Origin: Chrysemys picta bellii
Taxonomy: Eukaryota
Length of the DNA: 64,000 nt
Reading direction: 5' to 3'
Assembly: GCF_011386835.1 (NCBI RefSeq)
Contig: NC_088796.1
Span: forward strand, 107,632,001 to 107,696,000
The translations under genes were made by a program, and so were the position numbers. Below are positions 25,109 to 39,237 of the stretch, in pieces (position 1 is the stretch's first letter; each line of letters opens with the position of its first letter). Below the pieces are notes generated by a model that was not told the origin of the DNA, searched no databases, and saw only the letters and a list, made by a program, of their open reading frames with translations.

Positions 25109-27894
25109 GTACAGGTGGCCTTTCATATCAACCTATTAGCATAGGGAAATATTTCCACTGGAATACATCACTTTATATTATAAAAAAGCCCTGTGCATTG
25201 ATTTCATAAAAACTAACAGAAGGCTTTTGGCAAATACATATCTATAACCAGATACCTCATCAATTCAGAACATAATATGAGAAGAGATTAAAGAAAATGT
25301 CAGTCAGGAATGGCACTTGGGAAGTCAAAACTGCACTTGCACATAAATACCTAGATGCTTCTGCTTCTGTTGGGAGAACAGATTCTAGGACTTGGCATCT
25401 GTGTCTCCCCCTGTCAAGAGTCTAGTGTACAGTCACAGGTGTCAAAAACATTGCTGTGGAAAGTTAAAGCAAGAGAAAGACAACAAGATAATTGGATGGT
25501 GAAATTCAAATTGTAATGATATCCCCACTTGCAATTGTTCTCTAATCAGTTGTTGTAAAAATGAAATAAATATTTTGTGCACATGTAAGGGATTAAATTG
25601 TAAAGGTATTTTGATAATAGATGCTTATTAGCACTGGAGAACCAAACAAATTTCATGTTGTTTATGAGGCTTGTAGCAAATTACAAAAGGGGACTTGGTG
25701 CACATACCACTGAGTCATGTTTATGTTCAAGACAGTAGGGTGCTGTGATGGGATGAAGTGCTAGGATGCTGCATAGGATTGCAGAGAGCTTCTTCTAACT
25801 CATCCTGGCAGAAAGATCAGGTGGATCTGATTTACTCCAGCTCAGGGGGAAAAAAGGTCTTTCCAAGACCTAGTGAACTAGGGACCAATAGGTCTAGTAG
25901 AGACAAACATAGAAACAGTGGAGCTCAGGAAGAAACTCAGGCTAAGATTTGTTGTTTAAGATAACAACAGAGGAGAGAGTCAGAAAGGAGGCATTTTTGG
26001 ACAATAGCCAATATGTGTGCGCTGTGTTGCAAGCAAGGTAGGAAAGCTACCAATTTACATGTGACGTGTATATTAAAACAGAAGCTTTGTTACTATTGTA
26101 ATAAGTCTTAGAGAAAAGTCCTATAGAACTTGATAGCAGGGAACCCTATAGGTATAGGAATTGTATATGATTCCATCAAAATTACTCCATAATCCTATAA
26201 AATTACCTATAGATGAAACCAATATGCTTCTATAGAAACTTCATAGGGTTTGAAATAAATTACTTTATAAACCTGCAGGACTTAATCTTTCAGTCAATGG
26301 TTAAACTTCCATTGCAAATTCAGAATTAGACACATAGAATTTAATAGAAAATGATATTTTATAGTTTTGTTTATTTCTTATTTTTAGCCCTCCTACAGAA
26401 TTATTTAGTAGGGATATAATATTATATTTCATTGTATAGGATTGTCCAAAAAATCACCTATAGAAAGGTGATTATTTTTATTAAATTCTAGAACTTCTCC
26501 ATAAGGAGTACTGGTTGCTGATAATTCATCTGAGGTATCTGCTTGCCCATCCATTTTTCATGCACAAAACCCACTATTTGCATTTGCAAATGAGCAATCC
26601 ATATGTTGGGGGGTTATCGGTCACCCTAATGATTTCTGTGTACTTAAATTCCCCTGATAGCAGGATCTTGTGGCTTAGACCTTTTAAATTCTCCATCTCC
26701 TGTAGTGCTGGGGATCAAGATCAGATGATTACCATGGCTTTTCTTTTGTTCAGTGGTCACACTCTAACCCAAAGCCGTTTGAGTCTCCCCTCTTCATTTT
26801 CAAATAGTACCTCATTGGTTTTGTTAACATTTTTTTCTGTATAGTCCCACTTCATTTCTCTCTCTCCCCTTCACTGTTTACATTCCTGTGTGAGAATCAT
26901 CTAGCCAAATGTTAGTGATTATGCCCAGACAAGAGTGTTTTTAGACAAGAGTGTTTTGCATTATATTGTTTAGTATTGTACTGAAGTATACATGAGTAGC
27001 ACTGAGTGACTGTTATCCCCTCCCCCGTTCCATCACAAAAATTGAGATGTGTATCTCATAAGACTATTCCAGTGAGAGAGGTTTTAAATAAATATTCTTC
27101 CTCACTTACAATCACTTATCTTGTTTGTTTCCCCTACTCCTGGCAAATATGTAAAAATGCTTATGCACGGCAATACTCCCTTTTTATTCACATATTTTCA
27201 CATATGGGATCTCTGATTTCCAGCTTATTCATGTTGGAGATGTGCGCACGATTTTTTGAGGTAAAAAAACTCATTACAAATCTCTGGGAGGGAACAAAAG
27301 GGGAGGAAACCTCTGCAAGTTTCTCTGCACAGAGATTTCCCCTTGGTTGTTATGGGAGGGGTTTTTCACAGGACCTCCCCAAAAACCCAGTGGATGGCTC
27401 CCCCTGCAGAACCTCAGGGTTCAGATGAGGCCAATGCTAGTGGTAGCCCTGGTGCACTTACCTATCCTGCTCCCTGGCAACATGGCTCCCACAACCAGTG
27501 TCTGCCTTAGGAACTCCTTTAAAGGAGAACTCCGGGGGGTGTCACAGAAAGACTTGAGTTGTCTCATCTATGTGCCTTGAGGACTGTGGGCTTTTTAGGG
27601 TAGGTTGTGCTTTCTCTCTTCAGTTTGCCTCCCCGCTGGAATCTTGAACTCAGGGAGCACGCTGTGCAATCTCTGTGGCAGCATGGCCTTCCACAGAGGA
27701 AGAAGCATGCGCGTGGAGGGTATTCTCTGTACCCCATTTTGGGGTAATGGGTTGGTTCATTGTTTTAAAGTAATTGATATGTATAAATGTTCTACTAAAA
27801 CATGTTTCTATAATAATTATTTCTTTCATAATTTTTAAACAATCTCACAGATGGAATTTGAGGTGTTGGTTCTATCTGGATAGGTACTTATTTG

Positions 27895-28110
27895 GCCCGC
27901 ATTACCGTATCATCTGAATGCCTCAGAGTCATTAATAGATTTTATCCTCACACCACCCCTGTTAGAGAGGGATGTGTAATTATCTCACTTTTACATGCAA
28001 AACTGAGGCACAGGGTAGATTAAAAGACTTGCCAAGGTCACACAGGCAGTCTGTGGCAAACCCGTGAATCAAATTCAGATCTCCTGAGTCCTGGGTCCTA
28101 AGCCTTCAGT
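27895..28110. mobile_element. MIR/CORE-like SINE
   Basis: cattttacatgcaaaactgaggcacag...acttgccaaggtcacacag, the MIR-like core. Confidence 0.7.
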
Positions 28111-28234
28111 ATAAGACAATACTTCCATGACTATGGTTTTAACCTGTAAAGCTTTAAATGGACCAGATTATCTGAGCAACCACCTCTTTGCCTATGACAA
28201 CTGAGATCAGACGAAGCACTCCTGCTGGAATTCC

Positions 28235-28908
28235 TGTGATAGGGTGTTCTCCCCACACCAGCATTGAGGAGGATAGGGTGGGCAGGTGGGCCAGTTTACT
28301 GCCTAGGCTGCACCTGGAAGAGAAACCAGGGAGCAATGAGGACTAATTAAAGGATGAAGCTCACCTGGAACAGGTGGGGCTTGCATTAAGCCAGGTAGCA
28401 GAGGGCAGAAAGGGGCTAATGGGAGAAATTCTGCAATCTCTCTGAAGCTAGGGAAAGAACCGAGATTGGCCTGGAGGGAAGGGCATACCCAGATGAAGGT
28501 GGAGAAGGAGCCTGATAGAGGCAACGTAGGAAACTGTCCAGAGAAACAGCAGCAAGGTGTGGGACTGTGCAGACTTTACCTACTGGGTCCCTAGGCTGGA
28601 ACCTAGAGAAGAGGGCAGGCTTGGGTATCCCTGTGTAAGAGCATCATTGAGGGGCAATGAATTGAGGACTTCCTGGGATGGTTGGTACAGAGAGACTTTG
28701 ACACACAATCCCACCGCCCAGCCCCTTCATGCTAGGGAAAACTACAGCGACTTGGCCAGAGGGCCAAGACACAAAGAGGAAGCCATCGAGTCCTGAGAGA
28801 CAGAGCGATGGACTGAGCAACCAAAGAAGGAGTGTCAGACTAGCAGAGCTAATCCCCAGCTGTGGCCACAAGGAGGTACCCTAGCGGTGAGTAGAGCAAC
28901 TTGAGACA
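28235..28908. mobile_element. Solo LTR (probably Gypsy-type)
   Basis: TGTGAT...GAGACA termini; near-match 5-bp flanks ATTCC / ATTAC; 674 bp. Confidence 0.75.
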
Positions 28909-30319
28909 ATTACCTCAGTTCAAAAATTAGAGAGAGCTGCTGGCAGGGCATTTTTTGTGAGCAGTCCTTGGCTTTAGAATTCACTTTTGATCCTGGGTCT
29001 GACGCAACCCAAATTTGTTAACTGTGCGAACACACTGCAAATTACATCCGTTTTCCCTCTTTTCAAAGGTTATTAAGGAAGGGCTGGACAGAGATAGTTA
29101 TATTTAATAGGCAGTCTGTTGACATTATTGTGTGACTTTAATGTAAGGGATAAGTGACTGGAGCACAGGCAGGGCATCTATAATTACAATATAGAAATCT
29201 AAAGAAGTAAATTTAAATGTCTAAAAGTTGGGGGGAGGGGTTGTTAAAAAAGTTAAAATTTGGTATTTTTAAAGTGAGTATTTGGATTCTGTCTGAGTGT
29301 AAGTCCAGAAAGTTGTTTTTGAGTATTATGCAGTAGTTCCACTGGTAGTAAATACTCTTATCTATTGTCTAAAAACAGGAGTGTTTATGGAAATACTGTC
29401 TACATTTACTTACCCTTGACATAATTAGGCTTTCATAATAAGAAATTAGATATGGAAGAGAGTTCTTAGTTCACTTGGTCTGCCCATCTGCCAGTTCAGG
29501 ATTGTTCCCTACATTATTTGAGTCTAGTTTATATAGATTCTTATGCTGTGCTCATCACTAATATTCTCCAGTGCTTCTCTAGGCTGTATTATACTACTGA
29601 AGTTATTGGGTTTCTGCTTCTCTCAGAAGACTGTTTGCCAGTCCAGGTGATTTCACTATTAGGAAATTTTCCCAGCTCTATGCTATGGACTCACTTTGTC
29701 ACCTTGAGAAAGCTATTTCACCTCTCTATTCCTAATAGAGCTGTCCAGAGAACAATTCCATTTCACAACAATTTTAGAGGTTTTGAAATTTTATTTTCAT
29801 TCCAGTGCAGAATGAAAACAAAACCTTTCAAACGTTTTCGGAAAGGAAATTGTGTCAAAAAGAAAAGGTCATGTATGGGATTTAGGTCTCTCTCTGGAGA
29901 ATGCACCTTTAAGCAGAGTGGTATTTGGCTGGCTGGCCGAATGAGGGGAACTGTGCTTTATGGCTTGGGGGAGATGAAAACTGCTGCAAAAGGGGCAGCG
30001 TGGTCACTGACTCATCCCCTGGGAATGAGGGGTTTAAAAGGGGCAGCCCTGTGCCTTAACCCTCCCCTTTTGCACGTAGCAGGCTGAGGCGGCACCCATC
30101 CTCCCTCCCTTTGGTTGGTAAAATACCAGGTTTGGTCTAGACCTGCTGTGAGCATTATGCTAGTTGTTCCTTGGTTGAGGGGAACTGGGAAGAATTTTTT
30201 TCCCTTGCCACTATATTAGCCTAGGTGGTGGCACAACAGGTTTCAGGAAGGCTCTATTCTTGCATGGCATGAAGGGTGGTAGGCTATATGTCGCAAGTCA
30301 TTTATTTTTAAGTGTAGGG

Positions 30320-30730
30320 TGGATGTCCAGTGCAGGTACTCCATAGGAAAGTTATATAGTGGCAGGATAAATGGCTTGGAAAAGGACTTAAAAAGAGTTG
30401 TTTGGTAAAGGTGCAAACAGGGGCAGGTTGGGGACTCCTATGATTGGTACGGCAGGGAGCTAAAGCCCATTATTATAGCTCCCTTCACTCTCCTACGAGG
30501 GGGGGTTGATGGTAAGATCCTGGATTTGTTGGAGGGACCTTGGTGGAAAAAAAGTGGGAGCTGGTAAACCTCCCCCCCCCCCCCGCCCCAGGTAATTATG
30601 GAATAAACATGGGGTTAACTGCATTGTACATTTTTATCTGCTGGATAGTCCCAGACGTTTAATAATAAAGTTGCGGCCTGATTAAACCCATGTCAAATGT
30701 CTCCTGTCCTCCTTTCAGTACAGCCAGACA
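30320..30730 (+). mobile_element. LTR-like fragment (3' end clear, 5' boundary uncertain)
   Basis: AATAAAgttgcggcctgattaaa...cagccagaCA, an LTR R/U5-like end. Confidence 0.55.
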
Positions 30731-33700
30731 ATCCATTCTGGACCTCAGGAATCTTCATGTCCAGAACTTCACTGAAATTAATACTTCTCCAAGAAATGTT
30801 TTGATTTAGACGCAGTAGCAGTTTTTGACAAAAAGCATTTAATTAAAAATGTTGTGACCAATTCTAATTCCTTCATTCCCCTTTTGTAAAAGGTAGCTAA
30901 AAATACTCTACTGTGTAAGGAACTTTGGGATTATTGGATGAATAATGCTATATAAGTATAAAAAATTATTTATCACAGTAAGTTTCAATAAGCCTTTCTC
31001 TAAATTCAAACCTCATGATTACCTAAACGAACACAGGAGGTCACATTAGGATTCTTTTCATCTTTAGACTTTCAGAACAAATACAGCATATTTCTCCTTG
31101 AAGCTATGGACTTTATTATGGGTAAGTTTCATAATACCATACATTTGCATGGCAATATATTAAAGACAGGTCCCTTACCTAAAGAGCACAGCCACATCTT
31201 CCAACGTGGCCAGTGATATGGATGACTCAGATTTCAGGTGCTCAATTTGAGATACTTTGGGCTTGATTCTTAAATGAGCTGAGCAGTTGCAGATCCCATA
31301 CGCTACATGTGGATTTTTAGCTGCTCATTATTTTGGAAAAATGAGGCCATGGGGGTGTCAACATGTATATTCAAAAATGGAGAGACCCACATCAGTGGCC
31401 ACTTCAGAATGTTTTGTCTATACTGCCTCCTGTATGCAAAAAGATCTAGAGAATTTATGTATTTAACTGTAAATTATTATCTTTTAAATGCATAGGATAT
31501 ACAGAACTAAGGTATCGGAGAGGTCCATCCCTTTCTCAAATACAAATTTAAAAAGAATAAAGTAAAACGAATACCATGTTGAATTTAGACCTAAATAGTC
31601 ATCTAGATACTTTCAACTGTTCAATCACTCTGGAAACAACAAACCATTGAATGCCCTTGCATAAGCACATCTTCTCACTCCATTGAACTGTCTTTTCATT
31701 TGATCTACCACTTATCTCACATGGTAACTGCTTCTTTTTAACCATTATTTTTAAAAGGTTTTCTTTAAAACATGCATAACATAATAGTGCTAATGGAACC
31801 CTCAGTATTTTATTTGAAATCCTGACTTATTTGCATTTTGCCTTTTGATTTATCCAGCCCACAGTTGGATTATTGCCTTGTAAAACAGCATGATAAAACC
31901 ATCATTGCTTCATTAGAGATGCACAAGGATACTAATATGCACATCATTTTATATGCATGTATTGTGCATAAAAAGTTCATGCTAGCTACAGGTGGATTGG
32001 ATTGGCTATAGAAGTTTTGTTTTGCCTTAATTCGGTTAATAATGTGTTTTAATACATTTTAATGGGAGGATGACTTTTTATTTCAAATTGCCATTTGCAC
32101 TAACAACATGATGCATGATACCTGATTATGTTAACATTTCAACCACAGAATGCAAAGTGACATACTGACATTAACTGGATCTGACACAACATCCTGATCA
32201 GTCAAGCCCAAGAAATTTAAAAAATGTAATTTATTTAAAAACTCAATGCAATCAAGTCCTCCCTCTGCTCACTTTCTTGTTTAGAGCCCAGTACCAGAGT
32301 TTCCCAAAGAAATGTTGGCATCTCTCTCCATTGGGAATGTCTTCAATACCAGTATAACCTTTGGAATTGGAAAAAAAGATATAGAGCATGAGAAATGTTT
32401 GATGTTTTTTGGCTAACACCTGATCCTTTCTGTTTTAAGCATCCCTGTGGTGCTCAGCAGAGAGGGGGGAACTTTATTATAGTTGTGCAGAATGTAAATT
32501 CCTAGCCTATAAAAATGTCATTGATGCTTACTAATAGAGATGAGCCCAAGCCCAAGGCACAGAATTAAAAATCAGGAGCAGCCATTTCTATATCCTATGC
32601 TCCTCACAGCAGCCCCACCACCACTCACTGCCACAAGCCTCACAGAAGCGAGAAAAGCAGGGAATAGTGCAGCCCAACACTGCACCTGGGCCTATGTGGC
32701 TCAGGCATTGAAGATGCACAAACTCTAGTGCCAGAGCTGAGATGAATTTGCCCTCCAGCCTGAATTAACCCAGGTGTGTATAGATATTGTCAGTTCTATA
32801 GCATCATCATTATTATTTAATATGTTAATTGCAGTAGCACTGTGAGGCCCTGGTCAAGTCGTGGGCTCATTGTGCTAGATTCTGTACACATATATATATG
32901 AAAACACAATCCTTGCCTCAAAGTGTTTAAAATCCAAGGCCCTCATCTTGCGAATACGGGTGCATGTGAGTAATTTTATGCACGTGAGTAGTCCCATCAA
33001 TATAAAGCTGCATGTGTTTGAAAGACCTGGGCCTGAGAACAGTATGTTAGAACAATGCCTGTTCCCTAGCTCCCTGCTGGACAGCACATTTACAGCACCC
33101 TAGGAGTGACTTTAAGGAGATTATTTCACCATAACACTGAAATACCAAGCTTCTGTTGTCTTAGGCCAAATTCTTAATGCTATTTTAATATGGTTTTGTT
33201 TTTAATCACTAGAGGCATTACAGTTGATCATATTTATGATTACTTGGAGGCTTTTAAGTATGCAGATTATTTAGCTGGCACATATGTGCACTAATGAAAT
33301 TTTACTAAATATAGAGAAAATTGTTATGCAGAACATTTTTCTCAATATTTTTGGTATGCACATCCATACTGGGACTTTATGTATCCTATTAATTATGTTA
33401 TATTAATTATACTATAGCGAATTTGTTTTCTATAAAGAAACAATTTTAAAGAGACATTTTCCTGTAATAGTTAATGAGACAAACACAAAGATGTTTGTGT
33501 TACAAATTGCATTGCTTTACCTTTTTAAATTACAGATTTCCCACATATTTGTATAAGGCCCCTCCAATTTAGTCACTTGTGACTTTTACAGTGGATTTGT
33601 ATTCAGTGGCACTAATTAATATGAAACAATTGGAACCAGTTCAGGCTTTATAAACTCACTTAAAACAGAGTTGTAAGGTGACCATACAATTCAAGTGACC

Positions 33701-34139
33701 ATCTCAACTTAATTGGGCCTCGAAAAGACAGTTTAAACCAGTTATTAGTTGTATTGTTGAATATTTATAAAAGGAATGATGGAGGCTTTTTAACTTACCT
33801 ATTTTCTCACTGAATCAGAATAAGGAATGTGGGATACAAAATAGATTTTTAATATTTATGAGCTAAATCTTGCTTTTACAGACTTTAAAGAGACATAAGC
33901 AGGGGACCATGAAAGGAAGAAGGATGAAAGATTTTTATTTAACTTTCCCTATCTGAAAGCAGGCCAAAATGACTGATTAATAATAGAATGTAAGTGACAG
34001 AATACAATAGTTGGAATTCTGATTAGACATGATTTAATATGCAATACATATTTGTTGAATACATTATTCCTTTATTATTTTTTGCAATTATTCACTTACT
34101 AAATTATGTGACTAACAGTTTTTGACCAGCTATATAGCT

Positions 34140-34520
34140 GGAAGTCTGTTGCAGCCTCCGTGATGCTCCCCAAGAGTACACAGGTTGTGAGGCACCTCAC
34201 CACTACCTGCTGTTAGAGTGAAGGAGACTTGCATGTGCCATTTATGGCTCAGCTTCCTAAAACCTCCAGCCTCTGGCACCATAAGCACTACCTTCCAGGC
34301 CTCTGGAGGCCTCACTCTCTCTGTACAAGTAGTGACAGATACACATCAATCTTTGACAACTCTGAGCATCCCTGTGTGTCCAGCCCCTTATCCACTGAAC
34401 ACTCACAGAATTACCAGGCCTGCTATTCCCAAAGAAGTGGTACACAGCAGCTTGTAAGGTTCAACTCAAAACCAGCACTTTACTTAACACCACAGCACTG
34501 AGATAAACTTATTCTTGTTT
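34140..34520. mobile_element. Decayed LTR-like fragment
   Basis: Resembles recalled turtle LTR sequence; no clean termini. Confidence 0.35.
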
Positions 34521-36422
34521 TCACTCTAAATATATTATCAAAGACTAGAGATTCAGGGGATAGTGAATAAGGCTACTGGAAACAAATGGTTACATGTAAA
34601 ACAAAATAACATGCTTCGTAGAGACTAAACTTAACTAACAGGTTGACTCCCTGTTTTAAGAAGTTTATCTCATCCAAAATTCTCTTCAGTGTTTTTAACC
34701 AAAGCTGGCTGAGATCCCACTTTCCATTAATGCAAACATGCTGTCCATGTACTTGCAATGTGCCAGAGTGTTGCCTTTGACTTCTCGATATACCCCTAAC
34801 GTTCATTGTTCATAGACGGGATAATCTCCTGTGGCTCGGTGGCTGTTTGTTTTTTGTGGATTTTTTTTTTTTTTGTCCTGTGCTCCTTTTCTGTTGGCTT
34901 AACATCTATTCATTAACATTTGACTTCATATGTAAATGGGCCTCCACTATCTTAGCTTACAATACATATTTTTTTTACTTTCCTGTCTGGAGGAATTGGT
35001 CCAAGGCATGTCACCTTTTGGTGACCTGATTTTAACCTATGTATTTAAGAAAATAATTTTCTGTACAGATACATAACTCCTTATATAGCATCTATATATA
35101 CATTTCACAATGATGTTGATGACCAATTCTGACACAGACTTTCAGTTGAGACCGCGCATGATAGTCTTTGGTGAACCAGAATGTTCATACAAGAATCAGG
35201 AGACCCCTCTGCATCCTCTTACCAGTTGGCATTAAGAGCTTGTTGGGTCACATATTGTGCCCTTGCTTCCAACTCTGCCCCCATCACTCCTCTTTTGTAC
35301 CCCTTTCAGCCGCTGACTCCACCAAGGACTCTTTATTATTGTTGTTGATAACCACCGCTTCTCTCGCCCCACTGCACACCATCATTCTGGTTAGCCTCTG
35401 AGTTTGAAAGAGGTCATTATTTTTAGGTCCAAACTTAACTACATTGCACACAGATTTGCAGTCTCCTCAGTTTTGTTGTTAAGAGTGGTTTACTTCAGAA
35501 ACCAAGAATCACAACGCAGCAGCGAAAAGAGTCATTAACACCGAATGAATGAATCCCACAGCATTTTAAATTTCATGTGAGTAATTTTTTATATTTCAAA
35601 TTTTTGGTCTCTCACACATGTTTTGTCCCACATATGGGCTTTGGCAATGTGAGAGAGATGTGGCTGGGCAACAGCAGGAAGTATATAGAGGAGAGACATT
35701 GGCTTCCCTCAGCAGCCTTAGTGACCAAGAGGAGTCATTGCAGAATAAGCCTTTCCAGTCCCTACAGTGATGCAGGATGCACAAGGTTCCAGAAATGTAG
35801 CAACGTGCATGGAACTTAAAAAGAGGAACACAGGTTACAGGAGAGAACAGTTTGCAGGAACCACCAGGAACTTAGTTTGTATGCATTAGCTGCAGGAAAA
35901 ACACCTCTGTAAATAGTTCTGTTAATAAAGAGCCCGTTCTCTTTTAGAGCATGGACTCCACTCATGTTTCATGTATGGCATGCTGGGTAAGAACAAGTAG
36001 GGTTGTGGACATGTGTGACGGGATGGAAGTCAGCAAACATGTGAATGGCAAATACAATGTGTGACACCAGGCATCTCTGAGAATGCCTACTGCCTTTCTG
36101 AGAGAGATGGAAGGGAGCAGGAGTTAGGGAGAGATCACATACCCACTTGCTTGCTTGAAATTTTGCACATGAGGGATGGAAGACAATGAAGCACCATTAG
36201 TACTACTCAACACTTCCAAGACCCACCCCCTTTCACCTGGTTTCAGAGATTGGTCTTCAGGCCAACCGGAAATGTCACTCTATTTTTAGCCTTGTAACAC
36301 AAGCCCAAGTCAGTTGATGGGAGCTCTGAGACGTGCTGCTATGGGGTGTGTGTGTGGAGTTGTGTTTTTTTTTGCAGTGTAGACATACCTGAGGGGGAGG
36401 GGTTGCAAGTACTTTTCCGGAT

Positions 36423-37123
36423 AGGATTAAAATTCAAAATGATCTGGACAAACTGGAGAGATAGTCTGAAGTAAATAGGATGAAATTCAATAAGGACTGC
36501 CTAGGAAAGAGTGCTGCAGAAATGGATCTGGGAGTCACAGTGGATCACAAGCTAAACAGTGTGACACTGTTGCCAAAAAAGCAAACAACATTCTGGGCTG
36601 CATTAGCAACTGTGTTATAAGCAAGAAACGAGAAGTAATTCTTCTGTTCTACTCCACACAGACTAGGCCTCAACTGGAGAATTGTGTCCAGTTCTGGGTA
36701 CCACATTTCAGGAAGGATGTGGACAAATTGGAGAAAGTCCAGAGAAGAGAAACACAAATGGTCAAGTCTAGAAAACTTGACCTATGAGAGAAGATTCAAA
36801 AAATTGAGTTTGTTTAGGCTGGAGAAGAGAAGACTGAAAGGGGACATAAGTTTTCAAGTACATAAAAGGTTATTACAAGGAGGAGGAAGAAAAATTGTTC
36901 TCCTTAATCTCCGAGGATAGGACCTTAACTGTCAGGGTAGTTAAGCTCTGAAATAAATTACCCAGGAAAGTTGTGGAATCTCCATGATTTAAGATTTTTA
37001 AGAGCAGTTTGGTCAAACACCTGTCAGGGATAGTCTAGATAATACTTATTCCTGCCATGAATGCAGGGTACTGGACTAGATGACCTCTCGAGGTCCTTTC
37101 CAGTCCTACAATTCTATGATTCT
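36423..37123 (+). mobile_element. CR1 LINE 3' fragment with internal deletions
   Basis: RIKIQNDLDKLE; cctcaactggagaattgtgtccagttctggg (RPQLEYCVQFW-like); ends ttccagtcctacaattctatgattct. Confidence 0.93.
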
Positions 37124-37964
37124 GTGGCTTAGAACACAAAGTCCAATTTTCAATAGTGACTTAGGTGATTCAAAAATGTTACTTTTCAAAATGTTACAGT
37201 GGGTACTGGTTTTATAATATCTTTAATAAACTTGTGTTTATGTTTGTATGCGCTCATGTGTACACACATATACACACACAGCTAGCACTGTAGAGGGGTC
37301 CTGGTAGAGAAGCCTACTTAATGGGAGTTAAAACTGGTATTTTGAGGATTGCTGTTTCCATCCCTCTCTTAGGAAGTAACATTTTACAGCACACTTAAAA
37401 AAAAAAATTGCAAAGTCCATCAGCAATTTGAATGCAGAAATGCAGTAGAAGCTCCAGCATTCAGATATCTTTAATCATTTTATAACAATTCCATGTAAAA
37501 TTGGACTCTCCAGAATGGTTTAAGAACTAGTCTGCATACAAACACCTGATCCTTTTTTTCCGGTATTGTTGTATTTAGTATGTATGAGTAATAATACTAA
37601 CATCCACATTTATATTAGCAAGGGTAAAAAGTAATAGTGAACAAAGAATTCCAGGGAAGAGTGGATCATTGTATATAATAGACAATTATAGGAACTCTAA
37701 AAAGAACAGGATAGCATTACAATATTTTGGTTTGCTTTTTTTTTAGCCATTTCTGCGTACTGAGCAGAGGTTTTCTTTGAGCTGTCTACAGTCATACACC
37801 AGTCTCGTACCTGAATGGTTACAATTAATTAAGAACCCAGCCATGTATCTTTCCAGTGCCCATAACCGTGCATTTGTTACCTTGGAATTCCATTGGCTAT
37901 CATGAGGATTAGTCACATAACTTTCAATCCCTGTGAAGTTCCTTACAGGCTTGTAGTTCACCCC

Positions 37965-38163
37965 CAGGGCCGGCTCCAGCATTTCTGCCGCCCCAAGCAA
38001 AAAAAAAAAAAAAGCCGCGATCGGCGGCGGCAGTTCAGCAGCAGGTCCTTCGCTCCTAGTGGAAGTGAGGGACCTGCCACCCCCGAATTGCTGCAGGTGC
38101 CGCCCCTCTCCCTTGGCCACCCCAAGCACCTGCTTGTTAAGCTGGTGCCTGGAGCTGGCCCTG
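37965..38163. mobile_element. GC-rich hAT-type MITE
   Basis: 15-bp TIR cagggccggctccag / ctggagctggccctg (14/15 match); flanks TTCACCCC / GTCACCCT (6/8). Confidence 0.8.
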
Positions 38164-38599
38164 GTCACCCTGCTCCTGCCCCCGGGCTGAATTAGTCTAG
38201 TTTCAGCTTCAAGCCTTGGATTATGTTGTACCTTTCTCTGCTACATTAAAGAGCTTATTATTAAATATTTGTTCCCCGGGTAGGTATAAGTAGACTGTAA
38301 ACACCTCTTAACCTTCTATTTCTTAAACCAAAGGAGTTCTATCTATTTAGCTTATCGCTATAAGGCATACTTTCTAATCCTTTAATCATTTTCCATGCTC
38401 TTCTCTGAAGTCTCTCCAGTTTATTAACATCCTTCCTGAATTGTGGCCACAAGAAATGGACACACATTTACAACAGCGGTCACACCATTTCCAAATACAG
38501 AGATAAAATAATCTCTCTACTCCTACTCAAATTCCACTTATCTTTTTGGCCACAGCATTACACTGGGATCTCATATTTAGCTGATTATCCACAATGACC

Positions 38600-39237
38600 G
38601 GTCATTTGAACCTTGTCGTTTGACCACTTGAGACCCCTCCAAACTGTGGATAACTATTGTTTGGGCATGTGCTATAACCTATTGCAACAGTTCTCAAACT
38701 GTGGGTCGGGACCCCATTTTAATGGGGTAGTCAGGACTGGTTTAGACTTGCTGGAGTCTGAGGCCAAAGCTGAAGCCCCGAGCTCCACTGCCCAGGGCCA
38801 AAGCCGAAGCCTGAGGGCTTCAGCCCTGGACAGCAGGGCTCAGGTTACAGTCCCCATGCCTGGGGATGAAGTTCTTGGGCTTTGGCAACCCCCTTTACCT
38901 GGGGCAGCGGGGCTCAGTCCCCCCTTCTGGGGTTGTGTAGTAATTTTTGTTGTCAGAAGGGGATCACGGTGCAATGTAGTTTGAGAACCCCTGATCTATT
39001 GTGTTTGTATGTGCTTGAGACTAAATAAAGCAGAGACTTTGAGTCAAGGCATTATTGTGAGAGTGCTTGGAGACTAATAAAATAAAGGCTTTAAGTGAAA
39101 GCATTTGACTTTGTGTGATTTATGCCAACTATCTAGCAGACGGATGTGCTGCATTTCCATTGATTTATTTCCTGACGCCACCTCTCAGAGAGTAAAGTTA
39201 CCGAGAACTTTGGGTTTAGGAAACCCCGGGTAATACA
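38600..39237 (+). mobile_element. LTR-like insertion within the CR1
   Basis: Non-CR1 sequence with AATAAA signals, ending gggtaataCA, after which CR1 homology resumes. Confidence 0.55.
38685..38993. mobile_element. hAT (Buster/Charlie-type) MITE nested in the LTR-like insertion
   Basis: caacagttctcaaac / gtttgagaacccctg TIRs; TSD ACCTATTG / ATCTATTG (7/8, central TA). Confidence 0.85.

Noticed and set aside
26100-26510. Recurrent CTATAG motifs
   Set aside because: No fixed period; consistent with a decayed AT-rich interspersed repeat.
26927-26957. 16-bp tandem duplication AGACAAGAGTGTTTT(T)
   Set aside because: An ordinary slippage-type micro-duplication with no functional context.
29518-30087. 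Longest ORF in the track (189 aa)
   Set aside because: Non-ATG start, it crosses decayed repeat sequence, and it has no protein-like motif.
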